DNA from: Acidobacteriaceae bacterium UBA1307
GTDB taxonomy: Bacteria; Acidobacteriota; Terriglobia; Terriglobales; Acidobacteriaceae
Length of the DNA: 64,000 nucleotides
Assembly (NCBI GenBank): GCA_002307235.1
Contig: DBTV01000037.1
Coordinates: forward strand, 15,981-79,980
Reading direction: 5' to 3'
This document shows positions 57,468 to 64,000 of this stretch, one piece after another. A program made the position numbers and the translations under genes. Numbering within the stretch: the stretch's first letter is position 1; each line of letters begins with the position of its first letter. The notes below the pieces were generated by a model that did not search any database, was not told the origin of the DNA, and worked only from the letters and a program-made list of their open reading frames with translations.

Positions 57468-57773
57468 ATGATCGCCAATGCCGTCTTCGTCGCTACGCTG
57501 ATCTTCCTTGCGTTTGGCTTCTGGCTGAGCCACGAACTGCGCTTCCTCGTTCCCTGGCGCAGCCTCATTCTCCATACCTACCTTCAGAGTATTGCGCTTT
57601 ACTGCGCTCTGCTGTTTGCTAACCTGCTCGGCCTGACCATTTGGATCGAGCGCAAGTTCTTCCTGCGCGACACAGGCCGCAAGCTCAGGCATCTCGACCA
57701 GGAGATCCACACCGGGCAGAGCGAGTTGTCGGGCGAAATCCTCGCGCAGTTTGGAGATGAGGAGAAGCAATAG
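57468..57773 (+). CDS. Small membrane protein, unknown function
   Basis: Two hydrophobic helices followed by a charged tail. No recognisable motif. Confidence 0.4.
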   Translation: MIANAVFVATLIFLAFGFWLSHELRFLVPWRSLILHTYLQSIALYCALLFANLLGLTIWIERKFFLRDTGRKLRHLDQEIHTGQSELSGEILAQFGDEEKQ

Positions 57774-57775
57774 CC

Positions 57776-58060
57776 ATGCAGAGTGAAGACCAGTATCTCG
57801 ACCGCACGCCTGACCTTGTGGCCAAGGTCCGCGCCATGCGCGAGGCTGCCCAAAAAGAGATGAACCGCTTCACGCGTATTGCTGACTACGACGTGCGGCG
57901 CGTCGTCGGCCACGGCACGAAGTCTGCGCAGGATTCAGCCGAAGCCGTTGCGGCCAGCGAGCGCCCGAGGAAATCCGGTGCCAAATCCGCGTCGGCTCAG
58001 GCCTCTCTTGAATTCTCACCTGCTCCCGTGGAGCACGGCGATGACGGAGAGTCCGCATGA
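57776..58060 (+). CDS. Hypothetical protein
   Basis: Tightly packed between flanking genes (ATGA overlap with the next gene). Composition is plausible but no motif. Confidence 0.3.
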   Translation: MQSEDQYLDRTPDLVAKVRAMREAAQKEMNRFTRIADYDVRRVVGHGTKSAQDSAEAVAASERPRKSGAKSASAQASLEFSPAPVEHGDDGESA

Positions 58061-59109
58061 GAATTGATATTCCCCAGGATGAGCCCCGCCGCCGCGAAGG
58101 GGATGAGACCGCACCGGGCGCGAGCGAGGCACGCACGCCTGCGCGCCGTGTGCCTGACAATCCCGTCCATAACCATCTTCGCCAGCCGCGCGAGGACGAA
58201 CGTGCCGTCGGTCCGCGACGGGACCGCCAGCCAGCCGAACGCAAACGCCGCGATCCAGAGCAGGATCTGCCGCGTGAGCGTCGTCGTCCCGTAGCCTCGG
58301 CGGACCCGCGCCGTCCGGCGCGTTCCGTCGGCAACGTCGTCGGCCTAGAACTGCGCCCGGAAGAAAAGCAACTTCTGCGTGAGACCGGGCGCTTTCGCGT
58401 TGTCCGCACCGCGGACCTCCGCGAGACGCTCTACAACGGCAAAGCTCGCCCGCTCGAAAACGGCCTGAAATATCTCCGCGACAAAGGACTGATAGAGACG
58501 CAGCATATCAATCTGCGCCGGGACGGGCAGCGTCGAACCATCGAGCGAGTGGAGGTCGTCACGCTCACCAAAGAGGGCCGCAGTCTGCTGATCAGGCAGG
58601 GCGACCTTCCGAAAGATCAGAAGGTCTACTCTGGCCTGGTCAAGCCGCGCGAGGTTGAGCACGACTCGCAGATTTACCGCGCCTATCGAAAAGAAGCCGA
58701 GCGCATCGAGCGTAGTGGCGGCACGAACCTCCGTGCTCGGCTCGACTTCGAGATCAAATCCGATGTCCAGAAGGCTATCTACGCGGAACGCAAAGCAGAT
58801 CCCAAGCGCGACATGGCCGAGATCAAGCAGCAGGTCGCCGAACGCTTCGAGCTGCCATTTGTCGATGGGAGGATTCAGATTCCCGACGCCCGGATCGACT
58901 ACGAGCTGCTGCGCGAAAACGATCAGGATCAGGGTTCACGCGCTGGACATCAGGACATCGAAGTCCTGACCGCCGCCTACCACGCCGGGCACTTGCGCTC
59001 GAAAGCGCAGGCCGGCTTCCACAACTATGCTTCGCCTGCCGACCGTTCCTCGCTCACTGCCCGGATCGAGGACGACAGCCACCTCATGGAGAACATCCTG
59101 GACCTATGA
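58057..59109 (+). CDS. Replication-relaxation (Replic_Relax)-like protein with disordered R/P/E-rich N-terminus
   Basis: wHTH-like LRETGRFRVVRTADLRETLY...LKYLRDKGLIE, then EHDSQIYRAY and IPDARIDYE...DIEVLT. These resemble the family's H / PDa / E.D pattern (from memory). Confidence 0.45.
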   Translation: MRIDIPQDEPRRREGDETAPGASEARTPARRVPDNPVHNHLRQPREDERAVGPRRDRQPAERKRRDPEQDLPRERRRPVASADPRRPARSVGNVVGLELRPEEKQLLRETGRFRVVRTADLRETLYNGKARPLENGLKYLRDKGLIETQHINLRRDGQRRTIERVEVVTLTKEGRSLLIRQGDLPKDQKVYSGLVKPREVEHDSQIYRAYRKEAERIERSGGTNLRARLDFEIKSDVQKAIYAERKADPKRDMAEIKQQVAERFELPFVDGRIQIPDARIDYELLRENDQDQGSRAGHQDIEVLTAAYHAGHLRSKAQAGFHNYASPADRSSLTARIEDDSHLMENILDL

Positions 59110-60158
59110 CACTGGACTATGACCCCATCACGTCGCTTGAATCCATCGGTTATCTGGAGCGCGAAGCCGCGTTCCTTTATCTGGTCGCTGTACATTCCGG
59201 TTACTTCTTGCGCCGCCAGTACAACAGCTTTGTCGGCCGGGACCGCGGTACTGCACTTGACCGGCTTCTCCGCAAGGCGGAGCGCCATAACCATATTCAA
59301 GTGATCGAGTGCGGCCGTGGTTGGCACATCTATCACCTGAAGTCGAAGACACTGTATGCCGCCGTCAATCGGCCACACTCACAGAATCGCCGTATCAAAG
59401 GGGACGCACATATCAAGTTGCGGCTCATGGTGCTGGACTTCGTCCTCGCACACCTGAGCGCGAACATCCTGGAGGAAGAAGCAGGCAGGGTTGATTTCTT
59501 CACTACGCAATGCGGCGTCCGTCCAGAACTCCTGCCCCGCAGCTACACCGGGCGCCTGATGTACTTTCCCGATGGGTTCCCCATCTTGGTTTCCAATACC
59601 GGCATCCCACACTTCACGTTCTTTGATGAAGGGCAGGCGACGGCTACACGTTTCGAACGCTATCTCACGCAGTACCAGCCCCTCTTCGCGGCGCTCGGAG
59701 AATTTGAGCTGATCTACGTTTCCGATTCAGAGAGCAACTCCGCGCGGGCAAAGGCTGCCTTCCGTCGCTTCCTGCCAGCAGATCGGCTGCACGGGGTCAC
59801 TTCGCTGACCCCGATGGGCGTCGAGCATTTCCTCGAGTACCTCGACGCCAGCCAGCGATACGACGCGAGAGGCGGCATCACGAGCGCTCGCGATCTCGAA
59901 GTTCTGCGCGAGGGCGAGCGCATCTATGACTCGCTCGAACACCGCGCGTTGCAAGCCGCATGGAATAACGGGAGCACCAGTGCAGACAGAATCCGGCAAC
60001 GATTTCTGCAAAGTCCCATGCGCGTGACCTTCTCGACCATTGTTCTCCCGTATCGATATCCGCTGGACTTGGCGCGGCCTGAGTATTCCGCTGTCGAGAG
60101 TGGCGATACCCACCACCATACCCACGACGACACCCCTTCGGAGGCAGGTAACCGATGA
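59106..60158 (+). CDS. Second Replic_Relax-like protein
   Basis: LEREAAFLYLVAVHSGYFLRRQYNSF...LDRLLRKAERHNHIQ, HIKLRLMVLDFVLAH and YFPDGFPIL...HFTFFDEGQAT. Same layout as the preceding gene. Confidence 0.4.
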   Translation: MTLDYDPITSLESIGYLEREAAFLYLVAVHSGYFLRRQYNSFVGRDRGTALDRLLRKAERHNHIQVIECGRGWHIYHLKSKTLYAAVNRPHSQNRRIKGDAHIKLRLMVLDFVLAHLSANILEEEAGRVDFFTTQCGVRPELLPRSYTGRLMYFPDGFPILVSNTGIPHFTFFDEGQATATRFERYLTQYQPLFAALGEFELIYVSDSESNSARAKAAFRRFLPADRLHGVTSLTPMGVEHFLEYLDASQRYDARGGITSARDLEVLREGERIYDSLEHRALQAAWNNGSTSADRIRQRFLQSPMRVTFSTIVLPYRYPLDLARPEYSAVESGDTHHHTHDDTPSEAGNR

Positions 60159-60207
60159 TAATGCAAGAAGTTAATCAATTAAGCGGGGTCAGGGAGAGAT
60201 GTATGCC

Positions 60208-60276
60208 GGGGGTGGGAGCGACCCCGGCTTTGCAGCCTGCCGCGTCGGCTCTGCCGCGCTGGTCGCTCCCACCCCC
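60208..60276. repeat. 16-bp perfect inverted repeat with 37-nt spacer (candidate oriT/nic-region hairpin)
   Basis: GGGGGTGGGAGCGACC (60208-60223) pairs with GGTCGCTCCCACCCCC (60261-60276). Further short inverted repeats CGTACC/GGTACG and GTACCTG/CAGGTAC lie downstream. Confidence 0.6.
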
Positions 60277-60489
60277 CGGCACCGGCACGTACCAACCTTG
60301 GACCGAGTTAGGTACGCGATTTAGTCCTGGCCAGAACCGGGTTGGGTCCAGTTCCGGTACATCGCTTGACCGAAGCGAGTACCAGAACCAGCCGACATCG
60401 AGTACCTGTAAGTGACCTGAGCAGGTACGCAGAGTGCATTGACCTAACCCTCAACGTGGCCGCGAGTGTGGCAGGAAAGGAATCAACCG

Positions 60490-60795
60490 ATGAGTAAATT
60501 CAAGATTGAACATGGAGCCAGCAAGATCAACCTCGTCCTGCTCAAGACCAGCATAGAGGACACCATCTCGCAGGACATCGACCTGCTGGCGAACTGGTCG
60601 AACAACGACCGGAAGTACATCGTCAACGAGTTGCTGCGCTTCGCGCTGACCCAGGAAGAGGACTTCTTGAAATATAAAGCCGGTCTCACTGCAGGTGCGG
60701 TGCGGCCTGTCGGAAGTACGAAGTCTGCGCCAGCGTCGATCAAGCCAGCAACCGAGATCGCGCCGAAGTCTGACACTGCGGTGGCTCACGCATAG
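60490..60795 (+). CDS. Small protein, possible ribbon-helix-helix relaxosome accessory factor
   Basis: The N-terminal beta-strand-like KINLVLLKTSIEDTI is followed by two helices (...RKYIVNELLRFALTQ). Lies immediately upstream of the coupling protein gene. Assignment tentative. Confidence 0.35.
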   Translation: MSKFKIEHGASKINLVLLKTSIEDTISQDIDLLANWSNNDRKYIVNELLRFALTQEEDFLKYKAGLTAGAVRPVGSTKSAPASIKPATEIAPKSDTAVAHA

Positions 60796-60812
60796 AGGGA
60801 GGCCTTCAAACC

Positions 60813-62849
60813 ATGCACCCGTTCCCACTTCTTCAGAAACTCATCCGTCCGCTAGTCGAGCACCGTCTCCTGCTCTCGCTGGGACTGAGCGCGGCCTGCG
60901 GGATCGTCCTCAACAGTTCGTTTCCGATGAATCTTGCCAATCCCTTGCTGCGCCTGATTGCGCTGGAACGTCCGCAGATTCTTCAGGGGCTCGTCTGGAG
61001 CTATCTACTGTTTCTGTACACCACGCCGTTCCTGGTCTTCTCCATGGCGCTTTCGCTGACGTACGTCCACCTGTACAGAACAGAGTCGGAGTTGACCGCT
61101 GGCGCATTGCCGCAGTATCCCGATCCGTATACACGGACTAAGCTCTCACTGGTACTCGGCGAGGTCCACCGCCAACTCGTTCCAGAACCCAGCCCGGTTC
61201 CGCGGTGGCTGTCGATCCCCGAGCGCGGTCTCTATACGGGCATCGCGTCGTTCGGCTCAATTGGCAGCGGCAAAACTTACGGGCTTATTTTGCCGGCCAT
61301 GCGCCAGTTGTTCGCATACCGCGCCAATGACCCGGCGTGGCGGCTGTCGGGCATCGTCCTGGAAGTCAAGGGTGATCTCTGCCGACAGCTTCAGCGCATC
61401 CTGAAGTGGTGCGGGCGGGAAAACGATTATGTCGAAGTCTCGCTCGCTGGCGACATCCGCTACAACCCGCTGAACAACTCGCTCGACCCGTATGCGCAGG
61501 CATTCAACATCGCCTCTATCATCACATCGATATGGGGCAGGGGCCGCGAGCCGTTCTGGCAGCAGTCCTACACAGACCTTGTCCGGTACGTGATCATGCT
61601 GCATCGCATCCGCGATGGATACCTCACGATGGTCGATCTCTTCCGTACCGTGATTAGCGCGGGCAGGCTCGAAGAGATGCTCATTGAGGTGGGTTCGCGC
61701 TTCAGCATAACCAGCTATATCGGCATCGATAAGGATGCGTACCGGGAACATGAGAGCCTGCTGTCTCCGCTCGGCTTCGAGTGGAACAAGGACGCGGGGC
61801 TCTATCTGATCGCGTGGACCGAAGCGCTGGAGAGCCTGCTCACGCAGGAAACATCGGCGGCCTTCGATGTCTTCACGCGTAAGCCGTACCGGCCGGAGCT
61901 GCGCGGACGTTTCGACAGCGTCCAATATTGGCACTGGGAGCACTGGAAATTCTTCCGATCCGAGGTCAAGACCAGCATCATCCAGGGCATCGCGGTCTTT
62001 CTGTCGCTCTTCGAAACAGACCCCGATGTGCGGCGCGTCTTCTGCCCACCGAAGGAACTCTACGACGGCAAGCCATGCGCCGACGATCCGCGCGGCATCG
62101 TCCTGCATCCGTTTGAGGAACTGATCGAATCGGGCGCTGTTGTTGGCCTGAACTTCCCTGTGGCCTTGAACCCGGCGCTCGCCAAGACCATCGGCACCAT
62201 GATGAAGATCGACTATCAACGGGCCGTAATGCTGCGCATCCCGAAAATGGATGCGTACCCGGAGCGACACTATCGCCCGACCGTCTTCATTTGCGACGAG
62301 TACCAGAACTTCGCTACAGTGGGCGCCGACAACCCAACGGGCGATGAACGCTGGCTATCCCTGTCGAGGCAGCCGAAGTGCATCCCCATCGTCGCTACGC
62401 AGAGCGTATCGAGTCTGAAGGACGCGCTACCTAATGAAGGCGTTAAGACCCTGCTGCAGGCTCTCCGCAGTAAAGTGTTCCTCACGACCACAGACCCGGA
62501 GACGGCCCGGTACGCCTCGGAGCTATGCGGCAAAGCCGACCGCACCCGCATCAGCTATACCGTCTCGGAATCTTCGACCAACGCTAATGTCGGATGGCTC
62601 TCTGGCCGCACCTCGTCCAGCAAGGGCTCCGTCTCAGCTTCAAAACAATACCAGAAACATAAGGAACCGCTGTTTGAGGAGAAGGTCTTTTTCGACCTGA
62701 AGAATGCTCAGTCGGTTGTCGTCGCCTTCGATGGCGTGAGCCCACTGCCGCCCACTTACTGCTATCTCAAGCCAGACTTCCTGCCCGTCGCCATGAGCTG
62801 GTTCGACCAGCAGCGGATCGACTTTGATCCGAGGAGGATTTCAGCGTGA
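60813..62849 (+). CDS. virD4: Type IV coupling protein (VirD4/TraG/TraD family)
   Basis: N-terminal TM helices, Walker A FGSIGSGKTYG, Walker B VFICDEYQNF. Confidence 0.9.
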   Translation: MHPFPLLQKLIRPLVEHRLLLSLGLSAACGIVLNSSFPMNLANPLLRLIALERPQILQGLVWSYLLFLYTTPFLVFSMALSLTYVHLYRTESELTAGALPQYPDPYTRTKLSLVLGEVHRQLVPEPSPVPRWLSIPERGLYTGIASFGSIGSGKTYGLILPAMRQLFAYRANDPAWRLSGIVLEVKGDLCRQLQRILKWCGRENDYVEVSLAGDIRYNPLNNSLDPYAQAFNIASIITSIWGRGREPFWQQSYTDLVRYVIMLHRIRDGYLTMVDLFRTVISAGRLEEMLIEVGSRFSITSYIGIDKDAYREHESLLSPLGFEWNKDAGLYLIAWTEALESLLTQETSAAFDVFTRKPYRPELRGRFDSVQYWHWEHWKFFRSEVKTSIIQGIAVFLSLFETDPDVRRVFCPPKELYDGKPCADDPRGIVLHPFEELIESGAVVGLNFPVALNPALAKTIGTMMKIDYQRAVMLRIPKMDAYPERHYRPTVFICDEYQNFATVGADNPTGDERWLSLSRQPKCIPIVATQSVSSLKDALPNEGVKTLLQALRSKVFLTTTDPETARYASELCGKADRTRISYTVSESSTNANVGWLSGRTSSSKGSVSASKQYQKHKEPLFEEKVFFDLKNAQSVVVAFDGVSPLPPTYCYLKPDFLPVAMSWFDQQRIDFDPRRISA

Positions 62850-63751
62850 GCTTCGAGGTCATCATTCCGTTTCTGAAACCCATCGAGCCTCTGCTTGCGA
62901 GCAAGACAGTCTCCGAGATCATGGTCAATCCAGATGGCTCGGTCTGGATCGAAGAGAAGGGGCATATCGTTTTGCAGCCTAGCATCCGGTTTGATGAGGG
63001 CGCGCTGCTCACGGGACTCGAAGTGATTGCAAACCGCTTTGGCAAGAAACTCGACGCCGACTCGCCGATCCTGAACCTGCGCCTGCCGGATGGCAGCCGC
63101 ATGGCGGCGCTCATCCCGCCGGTCGTCAATCCGCAACCAATGATAACCATCCGCCGATTCACGTCGCGTGACTTCACCATGCAAGACCTGATCGACCGCG
63201 GTATGCTCACCACCGAGCAAGCAGAGCAGCTTGTCGATGCGGTCCGCCGTGGGGATAATCTATTGATCTCTGGCGGAACTGGCGCAGGCAAGACGACGCT
63301 AGCCAACGTCATCGCGGGATTCATCCCCGATGAGGATCGCATCCTGATCCTCGAAGACGTGGCAGAACTCTATATCCGAAAGCCGCATGTCATCTCTGCC
63401 GAGGCGCAGCTCGATACGCACAAGAGCCAGATCGGATTTGCGGACCTGTTGAAAGCGGCTCTGCGCCATCGACCGGACCGGATCATTGTCGGCGAGATTC
63501 GCGGCCCGGAAGCTCGCGTCTTTGTCGATGCGCTCAACACCGGACATCGCGGATCGCTGACCACCATTCATGCGAACGGCGCCGAGGACGCGATACATCG
63601 CCTGTCGCAATTAGCTCTGCGCGGTTCCGGTGGTGTATCGCTCAACGATGTGGAGGAGGAATGCCGGCGCTCCATCGATATGATCGTCCATGTTGCCAAG
63701 ATCGAGGGTGTTCGCGCCGTTAAACAGCTCGTACGTGTCGGAACTCCCTGA
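62846..63751 (+). CDS. virB11: T4SS ATPase VirB11 (T2SSE/CpaF-like)
   Basis: Walker A ISGGTGAGKTT, Asp box ILILEDVAEL, Walker B/His box RHRPDRIIVGEIRG and GHRGSLTTIHA. GTGA overlap with virD4. Confidence 0.9.
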   Translation: MSFEVIIPFLKPIEPLLASKTVSEIMVNPDGSVWIEEKGHIVLQPSIRFDEGALLTGLEVIANRFGKKLDADSPILNLRLPDGSRMAALIPPVVNPQPMITIRRFTSRDFTMQDLIDRGMLTTEQAEQLVDAVRRGDNLLISGGTGAGKTTLANVIAGFIPDEDRILILEDVAELYIRKPHVISAEAQLDTHKSQIGFADLLKAALRHRPDRIIVGEIRGPEARVFVDALNTGHRGSLTTIHANGAEDAIHRLSQLALRGSGGVSLNDVEEECRRSIDMIVHVAKIEGVRAVKQLVRVGTP

Positions 63752-63769
63752 TATACGCACCGCAAGACG

Positions 63770-63964
63770 CTACTGCGCAAGCGCAGCCCGTGCCGCCTTC
63801 TTCTTCGCACGTCGCACCTTGGCCCAGCGCTTCCGTTGCGCTGCGGCAATTGCTTCGCGGGCGTCCGCGCTGAGTGTCCGTTTGGATTTCGCCTTAATAG
63901 GCGCCTGCTTCGCGGGTTGTGCGATCGCTTCCGCTGATGCCGCAAGTGCACGCACACGGGTCAA
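63770..63964 (-). CDS. Small basic hypothetical protein (start may lie at or beyond 63964)
   Basis: K/R/A-rich with an ...AREAIAAAQRKRWAKV... motif. Weak support only. Confidence 0.25.
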   Translation of the reverse strand: MTRVRALAASAEAIAQPAKQAPIKAKSKRTLSADAREAIAAAQRKRWAKVRRAKKKAARAALAQ

Positions 63965-64000
63965 GAGAGCGATCGCCGCATCGAGCTCTGTGAGTAAGTT

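Larger units (their letters stand above)
30463..64000. mobile_element. Integrative conjugative element inserted at the 3' side of tRNA-Ala; right end beyond the window
   Basis: Integrase and excisionase lie directly next to the tRNA. They are followed by defence cargo, orphan methyltransferases, a full VirB-type T4SS, SSB, T4CP and VirB11. The cargo part is visibly AT-richer than the core. Confidence 0.8.

Noticed and set aside
60155-60415. An 86-aa ORF is coupled by ATGA to the preceding gene.
   Set aside because: Its translation is P/G/S-rich and low-complexity, and it coincides with the strong inverted-repeat cluster. It is more likely a non-coding oriT-like region.
1-64000. Searched by eye for CRISPR arrays, rRNA genes, IS elements with terminal inverted repeats, and a second copy of the tRNA-Ala 3' end (attR).
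   Set aside because: None was seen. A visual scan can miss short or degenerate repeats, so absence is provisional.

Overview
High-GC bacterial chromosome segment. The gene content (TIGR03435-like secreted paralog, giant CarboxypepD_reg/Ig-repeat protein, BlaI/M56 pair) suggests Acidobacteriota, but that is inference only. Positions 1-30.4 kb carry ordinary core genes: M20 peptidase, ABC ATPases, polyprenyl sugar transferase, nadE, a DsbA-like protein, a secretin, a HAD hydrolase, Fis-type HTH, cvpA, purC, smc, blaI/blaR1-like, htrA, an ECF sigma/anti-sigma/Spy-like operon, a solitary flagellin with a sigma-28-like promoter, and an NfnAB-like oxidoreductase pair. A tRNA-Ala(GGC) at 30387-30462 marks the left junction of a large integrative conjugative element (ICE) that runs past the window end (>33.5 kb). 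The ICE contains a tyrosine integrase and excisionase, then a visibly AT-richer defence cargo block at 32.5-42.6 kb. That block holds an unrecognised two-gene GHKL-ATPase + AlbA_2/HEPN module, a two-gene Lamassu system, a PD-(D/E)xK nuclease-domain gene and a large HEPN-motif gene, punctuated by a recurring ~70-nt two-hairpin intergenic repeat. After the cargo come an orphan N6/N4 methyltransferase and a P-type T4SS (VirB2,3,4,9,10, a small unlisted VirB7-like lipoprotein, VirB5/TrbJ,6,8). Next is an orphan C5-cytosine methyltransferase split by an RT-encoding group II intron whose removal restores the frame. The element ends in the window with two SSB-like genes, two tandem Replic_Relax-like genes, a 16-bp perfect inverted repeat (candidate oriT), a coupling protein and VirB11. 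The best candidate for an undescribed system is the 32526-36114 gene pair, followed by the 39684-42558 genes and the cassette-boundary repeat family. Many long ORFs in the track are antisense shadows typical of high-GC DNA and were not called.
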